The notes under the pieces were generated by a model that was given only the letters and a program-made list of their open reading frames with translations, did not search any database and was not told the DNA's origin. From the IMG/VR virus record IMGVR_UViG_3300027736_000034, positions 1-64,000 of that record: DNA of 64,000 nucleotides, one strand, 5' to 3'. Position numbers and translations under genes: made by a program. Shown piece by piece: positions 37,147 through 46,442 of the stretch (its first letter is position 1; the number at the start of each line of letters is the position of its first letter). The stretch comes from a virus.

Positions 37147-38100
37147 ATGTGGCAGCTTGGTGAAAATGATTGGATAAAATATGGTTGGGGGAAAAACTTA
37201 TCTTCAACTTGGTCACCGGGTGAATATTTGTATATAGATTTGAGTAATCACTCAGTCAGTGATTTGCCGGTAGCAGAATGTGCAAAAATAGCAGTAGAAA
37301 ATATTGAAAAAACTTATCCCGGGCCATATACATTGATGTGTAGTGGCGGACAAGATAGTCAGGCAATGATTTCATGCTGGCTACAAGCAAATGTTCCATT
37401 TAACATTGTTTCTATTCGTTATATATCAGAAGGTATATTTTTTAATGAACATGATTTAAAAACTTTGGAAACTTTTGCAAAAAATCAAAATCTAACAGTT
37501 GAATATAAAGACTTTGATGTAATCAATTTTTTGGAAAATGAGTTAGATTTTTACGCAAATGAATATGATTGCTCTAGTCCGCAAATTTGTACCCATATGA
37601 AAATGTCAGAATTAATAGAATCTGGTACAGTGTTATTCAGCGGAAATTATATATCAAAACCAGAAATTAATAATGGTAATATTTATGGAAAAGGTTGGGC
37701 TGTAAATTATACATTGTTTGGGATGCATAGATACTCATTAAAAATTTCAACCAAAAATAAGACAATTATTCCTTTTTTTCTAGCGCATAATTCAAATTTA
37801 GCCTTTTCTTTTCCTGCACCAGACAATACTACACCCGCTATATCCGTGACGGTTACTAATATAATAAACAAATATCATAGAAGTGACTTTCCAATAATAT
37901 TACCCCCTCTTAAATACACCGGATTTGAGGAATTAAAAAATTATTATGATAAATACTATAGTAGAATAAATACAATTACAAGATTGACATTTGCTCATAA
38001 ACCTAGCAAAAGAATTTTTGATTTGTTGTTTAGGTACCCGTACGAAAAAGCAGGTAAATGGTGCAAAACACATTTACATTTACAAAAATTTATATTTTAA
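37147..38100 (+). CDS. PP-loop (adenine nucleotide alpha-hydrolase-like) protein
   Basis: SGGQDS motif. Confidence 0.6.
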   Translation: MWQLGENDWIKYGWGKNLSSTWSPGEYLYIDLSNHSVSDLPVAECAKIAVENIEKTYPGPYTLMCSGGQDSQAMISCWLQANVPFNIVSIRYISEGIFFNEHDLKTLETFAKNQNLTVEYKDFDVINFLENELDFYANEYDCSSPQICTHMKMSELIESGTVLFSGNYISKPEINNGNIYGKGWAVNYTLFGMHRYSLKISTKNKTIIPFFLAHNSNLAFSFPAPDNTTPAISVTVTNIINKYHRSDFPIILPPLKYTGFEELKNYYDKYYSRINTITRLTFAHKPSKRIFDLLFRYPYEKAGKWCKTHLHLQKFIF

Positions 38101-38111
38101 AGAGATAAAAC

Positions 38112-39803
38112 ATGACACATTATTTGATAGATTTTAAAGACGATGCTTCAGATGAAGATATTCAGGAGTATTTAATCTCCTACCATTGCACGGTACTAGG
38201 GAAATTTGATAACCTTAATAAGGTGTATCATGTAGAAGCCAGTACGGAACCCCCTTCGTTTGAATCTATAGTTGAATTGGTACAAAATGATGATGAAACG
38301 GCAATTAACTTATTAGAAATTAAACCATTGTATAATTTTATGACTTCAACTGAATCAACTACAACAGTACATTCGGATGAAAAAAATTGGTGGAAAGTGT
38401 ATTCTATTGAAAACATAGATTTGTCAACAGATTCGTCAACTGTCCCTGTTTTTGGGGAAAGCATTGATGTTTATGTTGTTGATTCCGGCATAGATATTTC
38501 ACATGAAGAATTTGTCGGCAAAGATATAACGTTGTTGCATTCAATAATTCCAAATGATTTTAATGATTATACTGGACACGGTACTGCTCTTTCAAGTGTG
38601 ATATTAGGAAATACATGCGGAATTACAGATTGTAGTATTAAAGTTGTAAAAGTACTTAATGATGAGGGTACACCTACTAAACATAGTGATTTGCTATATG
38701 CGTTTGATGCAATAATAAATTCTATAGGTGAATCAGGGGCAAATCTTTCGGTTATCAATATAAGTTGGGCTATTCCTAAAAACACATATGTTGAAAATAA
38801 AATAAAACATTTATTAACTGCCGGTGCTGCTGTAGTAGTCGCAGCAGGTAACTCCGGTGTTCCCATAGAAAATGTAACACCTGCTTCAATGCCAAACGTG
38901 ATTACCGTTGGTGCATATCAAGAAGATTTTATGCCTTGTGATTTTTCTGATTATACTGATCCCGGTATCACAAGTCTAACATCAAATGTAGTTAATAGTG
39001 GGGCGTTAGATATTTGGGCACCAGGAAATAAAATTTATGCTGCCAAAGCAGGTGGAGGATATGGATTTGTAAGTGGTACTAGTATAGCAGCAGCAATACA
39101 GTCCGCATCAATTGCGTACTATGTCGGCCAACTACAACAGCAACATGCTAATATGTTAGATATTTATTCTAATCCGGATAATGGAATGTTTATTCCAGCC
39201 ATGGTAAATTTTGGTAGAGCAGGATTACTTGATTTGTCTGATTCTAAATATAGTAGTTCAGTTAATGCAATCACTACTTTTAGAAATTGGGAAAATTACA
39301 ATAAATCTATGACTAGTTATATTAATGGAAATTTTGATCAACTACAAAAACCTCAGAGTTTTGTACAAGTTACCAATCAACCTGAGGCTTTCTATTTTGC
39401 AAAACCTTTAGCCAGAGCATACGAATTGAAATCTCCTTTACCCGAAGGAGTATCTATAAATGGACATTTAATTCATATGAATATGAAAACTGAACCAGCA
39501 TCAGATCACGATACATATGAAATACCAGTTACCTTTTATCCTGCAGATGAATCACTATCCCCAATAGAAACAACTTTTACAATTGTACATTTACCGTCAA
39601 CTTTTGACGCTACGCTGCTAACAGCAGATGATCCAATATTAAAATTGATGTCATTCACAACCTGCTATCAACAACTAGTTCGTGAATGTGTTACAAGTTG
39701 TGGAAAATATAGGCTTCCCTGTGACACAGCCGCAGGCAGCAAATCCTGCTGGTGTCCGCCGATTCCGCCCCAATACTTTACTTATTTTTTCAATACTTTT
39801 TAG
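38112..39803 (+). CDS. Subtilisin-like S8 peptidase with Cys-rich C-terminus
   Basis: VDSG, GHGT, AAGN, SGTS catalytic motifs. Confidence 0.9.
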   Translation: MTHYLIDFKDDASDEDIQEYLISYHCTVLGKFDNLNKVYHVEASTEPPSFESIVELVQNDDETAINLLEIKPLYNFMTSTESTTTVHSDEKNWWKVYSIENIDLSTDSSTVPVFGESIDVYVVDSGIDISHEEFVGKDITLLHSIIPNDFNDYTGHGTALSSVILGNTCGITDCSIKVVKVLNDEGTPTKHSDLLYAFDAIINSIGESGANLSVINISWAIPKNTYVENKIKHLLTAGAAVVVAAGNSGVPIENVTPASMPNVITVGAYQEDFMPCDFSDYTDPGITSLTSNVVNSGALDIWAPGNKIYAAKAGGGYGFVSGTSIAAAIQSASIAYYVGQLQQQHANMLDIYSNPDNGMFIPAMVNFGRAGLLDLSDSKYSSSVNAITTFRNWENYNKSMTSYINGNFDQLQKPQSFVQVTNQPEAFYFAKPLARAYELKSPLPEGVSINGHLIHMNMKTEPASDHDTYEIPVTFYPADESLSPIETTFTIVHLPSTFDATLLTADDPILKLMSFTTCYQQLVRECVTSCGKYRLPCDTAAGSKSCWCPPIPPQYFTYFFNTF

Positions 39804-39807
39804 TAAA

Positions 39808-40668
39808 ATGATAGAAATAAAAAATAACAAGCATCTTTGTATAATTTTTCAACCAAGATCAGGATCACATGTATTACGTTATTACTTGAGCAATATATTA
39901 AATCGACATAATTTAACCGAGTGGTTCAATCCCGGGATAATTCCCCCGGATGTAATAGTTGATATTGAACATGCAATAGTACATAAAAATGGAACTCCGG
40001 CTATAGCTTCCGAATTAATTTATAAAAAGGATAACCTTGAGGAACAAAAATCTATATTTTTAAGTCGTATAGATACCTTAAATAATCTCTCTAAAATCAA
40101 TCAATATTCGGTAATGTCTATGTATACAGAACCATATGTAGTATTGGATAAAACTTGGTTGAAAATAGCAGCCGAACAAGAAAACATACAATTTATTTCT
40201 TTAGAAAGAGCCGACGTGCTATATTCTATGATTTCGTTAATAGTTGCTGTGCGTAGTAAAGTTTGGCATAACCATGAAACTGTTTTATTTAGTAGAAATT
40301 TGAATAAATTTAATATTGATATTAATAAAATGAAACACGCCTTGGATATGTATATCAAAAAAACAGATATACAGAATGAATATTTTGGTGATTTGAAAAC
40401 AATATATTATGAACAATTTCAATATAAAATTACTAATATTTCCAAACTATTCAACGTACCAAACAAGATAATATCTATTCCGTATAGCAAATTTCAAGGT
40501 AATCATAAAAATTTGATATCTAATATAGATGAAATAGAAGATTATTATGAAGAATTTGTTAACAAACATCCAGATTACTTCCCGCAATATTTTGATAAAC
40601 TTACTCACATAAACATACCCGCCAATCAAGGTAGGCAACCAGAAATACTGTTACCCGAATACAGTTGA
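39808..40668 (+). CDS. Sulfotransferase-like (Stf0-type) protein
   Basis: QPRSGS 5'-PSB loop, L.R...S, IYYE. Confidence 0.65.
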   Translation: MIEIKNNKHLCIIFQPRSGSHVLRYYLSNILNRHNLTEWFNPGIIPPDVIVDIEHAIVHKNGTPAIASELIYKKDNLEEQKSIFLSRIDTLNNLSKINQYSVMSMYTEPYVVLDKTWLKIAAEQENIQFISLERADVLYSMISLIVAVRSKVWHNHETVLFSRNLNKFNIDINKMKHALDMYIKKTDIQNEYFGDLKTIYYEQFQYKITNISKLFNVPNKIISIPYSKFQGNHKNLISNIDEIEDYYEEFVNKHPDYFPQYFDKLTHINIPANQGRQPEILLPEYS

Positions 40669-40716
40669 CTTATAACCAATTCTGCTGTATAATAACATCT
40701 TTAACTAGGAGATATT

Positions 40717-40935
40717 ATGTCTGAAAGCAGAGCAAGATACACTAGCCAAGAGGCTGTAGAGATGATTGGTAATCGTTTTGAAATGGTTCTAATCGCTTGT
40801 GCTAGGGTTAGGGAACTCAAGCGCGGACACAAGTCTAAACTAGATAAACCTACTAGTGCAGGACCATCAGTAGTTGCATTAATGGAAATTGAAAAGGGCC
40901 TAGTCGGCCGTGAATATCTTAAACAATTAAGATAA
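40717..40935 (+). CDS. rpoZ: RNA polymerase omega subunit homolog
   Basis: [15 protein letters not shown]...VVALMEI; promoter TTGACT-17-TATAAT at 40665. Confidence 0.88.
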   Translation: MSESRARYTSQEAVEMIGNRFEMVLIACARVRELKRGHKSKLDKPTSAGPSVVALMEIEKGLVGREYLKQLR

Positions 40936-40998
40936 TTTACCCAAAATACATATACAACAACTGGATGTTGTTGTATAATACACGTATTGAAAGATTAA

Positions 40999-41109
40999 AG
41001 GATCGGTTCAGCAATTTAACCATTACTGGATGATGGGCAAAGATAACTTCAAGCCTATCAAGGTGAGTTTGGATTTCTCACTTGAATAAAAAAGTACAAA
41101 ACGATCCTG
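40999..41109 (+). ncRNA. CAGCAA-stem small RNA copy 4
   Basis: AGGATCGGTTCAGCAA...AACGATCCTG, identical ends to copy 2. Confidence 0.7.
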
Positions 41110-41120
41110 TTTTTTATATT

Positions 41121-41177
41121 AGGGTGCTTCCAGCAAATTTAAAAACTTTACTTGAAATCAAGCAAAACAGCACCCTG
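41121..41177 (+). ncRNA. CAGCAA-stem small RNA copy 5
   Basis: AGGGTGCT-TCCAGCAA...AGCACCCT-G. Confidence 0.7.
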
Positions 41178-41209
41178 TTGCAAACAATACTCACAGAAAG
41201 GAGAAAACT

Positions 41210-42625
41210 ATGCAATTCGCAAACGCAATACTAAACCAAGAGGCTCGTACCACTAATGGTATGAAGGCTCGTGAATCAACCGCTAACGCATGTGTTGATT
41301 TGTTCTATAACATCGGTGCAAGCCGTGGTAAGAACATCATCCCGCAATTCACAGCGGCTTATGTAGAAAATGCAGACCTAGCATTACGTATCGTCCAATG
41401 GGCACGTGATGTTCGTGGTGGTGCGGGTGAACGTGAATTGTTCCGTCAAGTCATGTTGCACTTGGAAAAGACTAACCCAGCTGATGCTGCTCGTCTTATG
41501 TCTAAGGTACCAGAACTTGGTCGTTTTGACGATTTGCTAGTTTTTCAAACTAAGGATATGAAGGCTAAGGCTTACACATTGCTTGGTGACTACTTGCGTC
41601 AAAATAACGGACTCGCTGCTAAGTGGACTCCGCGTAAGGGCAAGATCGCGGCTGAAATTCGTGACTTCTACGGTATGACTCCAAAGCAATATCGTAAGAC
41701 TCTTGTTGGTATGACTACTGTTGTTGAAACACAAATGTGTTCTAATGACTGGGATAACATCAACTACAGTCACGTTCCATCTGTAGCGCATAGTCGTTAC
41801 AAGAAGGCTTTCGGTCGTCATGGTACAACTTATGCTGAGTACATCACTAAGTTGGTTAAGGGTGAAGCAGGTGTGAAGATCAATGCTAACGCAATCTTCC
41901 CGCACGATGTGTTGAAGGGTCGTATCAGTGGATACGGTGCTACAACTTGGTCTAAGACTGAGTTGGATGCTATTGAAGCACAATGGAATGCATTGCCTAA
42001 CTACGTTGGTGACTCAAGCGTGTTGCCTCTAGTTGACGTTAGTGGCTCTATGACCTGCATTGCAGGGAAGAAGGGTTCTACTACTTGCCTAGAAATCGCA
42101 GTTAGCTTGGGATTGTATTTTGCTGATAAGAACAAGGGTAAGTTCAAGGACTGCTTCTTGACTTTCAGCGACAAGCCAAAGTTGTTGAACCTTAAGGGTT
42201 CAATCAACCAAAAGATTGACCAAATGGTCAGTTCTGATTGGGGTATGAGTACAAACCTACATGGTGCGTTCAATCAAATCCTTGACACTGCTGTTAAGAA
42301 CAAGGTATCACAAGCAGAAATGCCTGAAACTTTGATGATTTTCAGCGACATGCAATTTAACGCCTGCGTTAAGTATGATGACAGTGCAATGGAAATGATC
42401 GCACGTAAGTACGCCGAAGCAGGTTACGATTTGCCTAAGGTAGTTTTCTGGAACTTGAATGCTAGCGGAAACGCTCCAGTTGAGTTTGACAAGGGTGGTA
42501 CCGCTCTTGTGTCAGGATTCAGCCCAGCAATCGCTGCTAGCGTATTGGGTGCAGACCCAGATGCATTCTCGCCTGAAGCAATTATGCTTAAGGCCGTGAT
42601 GAATAGTCGCTACGATTTGGCGTAA
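41210..42625 (+). CDS. Ro60/TROVE-like helical domain plus vWA protein (DUF2828-type)
   Basis: RDVRGGAGERELF, GRFDDL, AAKWTPR; MIDAS DVSGSM, ST, FSDMQF; VFWNL, LVSGFSP. Confidence 0.8.
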   Translation: MQFANAILNQEARTTNGMKARESTANACVDLFYNIGASRGKNIIPQFTAAYVENADLALRIVQWARDVRGGAGERELFRQVMLHLEKTNPADAARLMSKVPELGRFDDLLVFQTKDMKAKAYTLLGDYLRQNNGLAAKWTPRKGKIAAEIRDFYGMTPKQYRKTLVGMTTVVETQMCSNDWDNINYSHVPSVAHSRYKKAFGRHGTTYAEYITKLVKGEAGVKINANAIFPHDVLKGRISGYGATTWSKTELDAIEAQWNALPNYVGDSSVLPLVDVSGSMTCIAGKKGSTTCLEIAVSLGLYFADKNKGKFKDCFLTFSDKPKLLNLKGSINQKIDQMVSSDWGMSTNLHGAFNQILDTAVKNKVSQAEMPETLMIFSDMQFNACVKYDDSAMEMIARKYAEAGYDLPKVVFWNLNASGNAPVEFDKGGTALVSGFSPAIAASVLGADPDAFSPEAIMLKAVMNSRYDLA

Positions 42626-42745
42626 GCTAAATAGAGTAACACGGCAGGTGCCTCTGCGAAAGTACGCACTTGTTCTCTAAATGCCCGGTTCATCCGGGCA
42701 TTGCCATAACTTGACAAATAATGGTGAAGGTGATATACTATGACT

Positions 42746-43054
42746 ATGCGTAAATTAATTAAAAACGGAAAAGTAGCGGTACTATACAGCCCTGACTTTG
42801 GTGCTGGATGGTACACATGGAATCAAGACCATCCAGAGATATTATTTGACCCTGCAATGGTAAAACTTGTAGAGAAGGGACAGTATGATGAATTGGCTAC
42901 TTATGTAGAATTGAAGTATCCAGGCATATATACACTTGGATTGATTAGTTTACAGGTAGAATGGATAGAAGAAGGTAAAAAATTTCGTGTAGTAGAATAC
43001 GACGGTGATGAAAGTATACAAGTAGAAGATGACATGGATTGGATGATAGCATAG
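42746..43054 (+). CDS. Conserved phage protein
   Basis: VAVLYSPDFGAGW...EYDGDE. Confidence 0.7.
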   Translation: MRKLIKNGKVAVLYSPDFGAGWYTWNQDHPEILFDPAMVKLVEKGQYDELATYVELKYPGIYTLGLISLQVEWIEEGKKFRVVEYDGDESIQVEDDMDWMIA

Positions 43055-43287
43055 TGTATAAAGTAATAACAAAAGAAGGGTTTCCCCTTGCTAGTTGTTT
43101 GTCGTTGAATAGTGCAATGGACACAGCAAAGGCGTACGGGCAGTTTGTAACTATTCGTGGCCCAGACGGAATGGAATTTGTAGGACGATTCGGTGTTGAT
43201 AGTGTAGTTGATGGAAAGACTCCTGATGGAGTAGCATACACTTGGAACAAGGCAAGTAGAATCGGCCGAGTAAAGAAGGAGAAATAA
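43039..43287 (+). CDS. Hypothetical protein (start uncertain)
   Basis: 82 aa ORF. Confidence 0.55.
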   Translation: MDDSIVYKVITKEGFPLASCLSLNSAMDTAKAYGQFVTIRGPDGMEFVGRFGVDSVVDGKTPDGVAYTWNKASRIGRVKKEK

Positions 43288-43288
43288 T

Positions 43289-43891
43289 ATGCCAGCAGTA
43301 TTTTTAGTATCGGACACACACTTTGGGCATGCCGGAGTATGTAGATTTACAGAGAGTGACGGAGTAACAAAGATTCGCCCATGGACTGATCCACATGAAA
43401 TGGATGAGGAAATGATTAAACGTTGGAACGATACAGTTCGTCCAAACGACAAAGTATATCACTTGGGTGATGTGGTTATCAATCGCAAAGCATTACCAAC
43501 GATGGCTCGCTTAAACGGTGATAAAGTTTTAATTCGTGGCAATCACGATATCTTCCCTGATGTGGAATATAGTAGGTACTTCCGTGAATTAAGAGCATAT
43601 CATGTTATGAACGGAATGATTTTAAGTCATATTCCGTTGCATAGTGATAGCTTGGGTAGATTTGGTACCAACATTCACGGACATTTACATTCTAATCGTG
43701 TAAAGAAAGCACGTGGGGTTGATGCTAGAACCGGAGAAGTTCTGTATAGTGATGAACCAGACGTTCGCTATCATTGTGTTTGTGTTGAGCAAACTGACTT
43801 TACTCCTATCTTATTCGAAGATGTTATTAAACGGATCGAGGCAGAAGGTGGGTCAGTTGGCTTCAAAAACGGCAATGGCCCAACTATGTGA
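43289..43891 (+). CDS. Calcineurin-like metallophosphoesterase
   Basis: SDTHFGH, LGD, GNHD, SH.P, HGHLH. Confidence 0.92.
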   Translation: MPAVFLVSDTHFGHAGVCRFTESDGVTKIRPWTDPHEMDEEMIKRWNDTVRPNDKVYHLGDVVINRKALPTMARLNGDKVLIRGNHDIFPDVEYSRYFRELRAYHVMNGMILSHIPLHSDSLGRFGTNIHGHLHSNRVKKARGVDARTGEVLYSDEPDVRYHCVCVEQTDFTPILFEDVIKRIEAEGGSVGFKNGNGPTM

Positions 43892-43913
43892 TAAATAAAA
43901 GAAAAGGCAACCT

Positions 43914-44111
43914 ATGACATTCAATAAAGTAACATTAGCAGCATCAGCAATTCAGCAACATACTGCATTGGTTCGTAATGAAGAACGTCATAGGGAAATG
44001 ATTGTTAATGACCGTCATATTAAAGAACGCCTTATTGATAATGAAATACATAGAATAGAGGCAAACCGCAGAATGATGCGGGCAGGACAAAATATAGATA
44101 AGTTAGCATAG
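43914..44111 (+). CDS. Hypothetical protein
   Basis: 65 aa ORF. Confidence 0.55.
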   Translation: MTFNKVTLAASAIQQHTALVRNEERHREMIVNDRHIKERLIDNEIHRIEANRRMMRAGQNIDKLA

Positions 44112-44137
44112 TGGGGTCTTAGGGCCCTACTTTTTTG
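44112..44137 (+). terminator. Rho-independent terminator
   Basis: GTGGGGTC-TTAG-GGCCCTAC-TTTTTT. Confidence 0.75.
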
Positions 44138-44180
44138 GATTTAATTTAATAATTATAATATACGTATAAATAAGAATATC

Positions 44181-44651
44181 ATGTTTCAATTCATCACAGA
44201 CCTTTCACACACATTATTAAGTTTTATAAAAGACGATCCTGTACGCCCTGAAATCTCTAAAGATTTTAGAGTTAGCGATGGTAGGGTTGTAGCAGCATTA
44301 ACTGATGAAGAACAAAATCCAGAAGCAATGGTTTGTGTTAGCTTCCATGATTTTGTTCCTGAAGATGTTGAAGGGTTAAGTAAAACCTCAAGTGTTCCTA
44401 CTACCGCCATATTTTATACCATATGGAGTTACAAAAGTGGCAAAGGTAGAGATTTGCTTTATCAAGCGGTAAAAGGAATTCAAGCACAATATCCTAGTGT
44501 TACAAGATTTGTGACACTAAGCCCTAAGACAAACGTGGCCCGTAGATTTCATCTAAAGAACGGGGCTATTGTTTTGCGTGAGAACATAGATACTACCAAT
44601 TATGAGTATCTGACAGAAATCCCTAAAGAATCCCCCGAAAATAACGGTTGA
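44181..44651 (+). CDS. GNAT-like phage protein
   Basis: AIFYTIWSY..G.G, FVTLSP, FHLKNGA. Confidence 0.55.
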   Translation: MFQFITDLSHTLLSFIKDDPVRPEISKDFRVSDGRVVAALTDEEQNPEAMVCVSFHDFVPEDVEGLSKTSSVPTTAIFYTIWSYKSGKGRDLLYQAVKGIQAQYPSVTRFVTLSPKTNVARRFHLKNGAIVLRENIDTTNYEYLTEIPKESPENNG

Positions 44652-44682
44652 CAATAAATGGTTTTGGGTGTATACTGTGAGT

Positions 44683-45198
44683 ATGCTGAGAGAACACCTA
44701 AAATCTCGTCACTTAGACTTAGAACTTCACAGGCCCGTGCTTGATGAAGTTGAAGGTGTTGCTACATTCTATTTGTGGAATCTAAGCGGCCAATTAATCG
44801 GATATCAGCAATATCGCCCCTTGGGCGAGAAAAAACCACAGAATAATCCCAAACAGGGCAAGTATTTCACATACCGAAATCAGCCCACCCAGACAGTCTG
44901 GGGCGTAGAAAGTCTACATTTAAGCCCCGGAGTCGTGTTTGTGTGTGAGGGGGTGTTTGATGCGGCCAGGTTGACTGAGCGTGGATTTAGTGCGTTGGCC
45001 GTGCTATCTAACAACCCCAATCAAGACTTGGGAAACTGGTTAACCTGTCTTAACCGCAAAGTTATCACAGTTTGCGACAATGACGATGCAGGCCGCAAGT
45101 TGGCCAAGTTTGGAAACTGTTGCGTTTTTACAACAGATAAGGACCTAGGGGATAGCGACACGGAATTCGTCTCGGCCTTACTAGAAACCCACGGTTGA
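44683..45198 (+). CDS. TOPRIM-domain (primase-like) protein
   Basis: CEGVFDA, CDNDDAG, KDLGD. Confidence 0.8.
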   Translation: MLREHLKSRHLDLELHRPVLDEVEGVATFYLWNLSGQLIGYQQYRPLGEKKPQNNPKQGKYFTYRNQPTQTVWGVESLHLSPGVVFVCEGVFDAARLTERGFSALAVLSNNPNQDLGNWLTCLNRKVITVCDNDDAGRKLAKFGNCCVFTTDKDLGDSDTEFVSALLETHG

Positions 45199-45229
45199 CA
45201 TTAAATGGTTTTGGGTATATAATACACTT

Positions 45230-45568
45230 ATGAACTCGAAAATCGCCCGTAAGCGTAGAACAGACCGTAATCAAGTGATATACTACATACAAGATGTAGT
45301 TACACAAGAATATTATATTGGTCTTACTGCGTTGTCATTCAAGGGTAATGTGTTTCGCACACTACGCCGTCGTATGCAAAAGCATATGCAACGGGCCTTG
45401 ACTGAGCGTAAGAATTGGGGTCTGTCTTGTGCATTGCGTGAACGTGGTGCCGAGCGTTTTATATTCGGTGTTATTGAAGTTGTTCGTGGCAAGCGTCCTG
45501 CTCATGCCCGTGAAACAGAATTGATTAACACATTGCGTCCCGAATTGAACACATTCGGGATTAAGTAA
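45230..45568 (+). CDS. GIY-YIG-like nuclease domain protein
   Basis: VIYYI...YYIGLT...R...H...E...I..L.P.LN. Confidence 0.7.
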   Translation: MNSKIARKRRTDRNQVIYYIQDVVTQEYYIGLTALSFKGNVFRTLRRRMQKHMQRALTERKNWGLSCALRERGAERFIFGVIEVVRGKRPAHARETELINTLRPELNTFGIK

Positions 45569-45578
45569 GGAGAACATT

Positions 45579-45785
45579 ATGAAATACTTTTGGGATAAAG
45601 CAAAAGGTCTCAATGCTGACATTGAGCGTCACCGCGCCAAGGAAAAGGAATTAGAATCTAAGATTGCTGAACTTGAAGGTAAAGAAGATCCAATGAGTAT
45701 TGCCGCATTGCGAGTGTATCGTAGGTTTCTTTATCAATTACAAGTAAGCAAGGTAGAAGTTGTTTCTAAGATTGGAAAAAAGTAA
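45579..45785 (+). CDS. Hypothetical protein
   Basis: RBS AAGGAG, 68 aa. Confidence 0.65.
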   Translation: MKYFWDKAKGLNADIERHRAKEKELESKIAELEGKEDPMSIAALRVYRRFLYQLQVSKVEVVSKIGKK

Positions 45786-45967
45786 TGAACGAACGAATTG
45801 ATAAACTGCTGGTTAAGGCTGGAGCATACTTTGGTGGCGAAGGTGTTGTTTATGATGCCTTTGATCCTGAAAAGTTCGCCGAGTTGATTGTGCAGGAATG
45901 TGCTGAGATTTGTTTGGAAGCAAATAACCATAAAAATATCTTACGATATTTCGGAGTTGAAGAATGA
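45785..45967 (+). CDS. EKFAELI-family small protein 1
   Basis: MNERI...EKFAELIVQEC...FGVEE. Confidence 0.7.
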   Translation: MNERIDKLLVKAGAYFGGEGVVYDAFDPEKFAELIVQECAEICLEANNHKNILRYFGVEE

Positions 45968-46182
45968 ACACACCAATCGTACCTGATAATGTAATCAAGA
46001 TGTGGGCGGATCCTCGCTTTCAAATTCTAGCAGAAGTTGATAAATTATTGACAGGTAGCAAGACATGGGCGGGTATGGAATACACCTATCATCCTATACA
46101 TCCTGACAAGTATAAACCAGTTGCAGTAAAGGTACGTAAAGCATTGTATGACCTTCAAGCAGAATATGGAGTTTTAGAATGA
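45964..46182 (+). CDS. Hypothetical protein
   Basis: ATGA-coupled 72 aa ORF. Confidence 0.6.
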   Translation: MNTPIVPDNVIKMWADPRFQILAEVDKLLTGSKTWAGMEYTYHPIHPDKYKPVAVKVRKALYDLQAEYGVLE

Positions 46183-46442
46183 ACGAACAAATTGAAAAAC
46201 TTGCTGAACAGTGCCGAATTGAAACTTACGGGGTAAATGGTGAGTTACTAGAGTTTGGGTTTGACCAAGAAAAGTTCGCCGAGTTGATTATAGAGGAGTG
46301 TGCTAGGGAGGTTGAAGAATTTGCACGAAAGTGGTGGTCTATTCATTGTCATAGCAACAAACACGCAGAGACAACCCGTAAAGCACATGACGATTTTTGT
46401 TCGTTGCAAGCAGCAATCAGAAGAAGAGGAAAAACGGAATGA
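46179..46442 (+). CDS. EKFAELI-family small protein 2
   Basis: MNEQI...EKFAELIIEEC. Confidence 0.7.
   Translation: MNEQIEKLAEQCRIETYGVNGELLEFGFDQEKFAELIIEECAREVEEFARKWWSIHCHSNKHAETTRKAHDDFCSLQAAIRRRGKTE

Noticed and set aside
36851-37216. N-terminal extension of the GNAT ORF
   Set aside because: Overlaps the plus-strand Cys-rich gene; ATG 36850 with upstream TAAATA is the better start.
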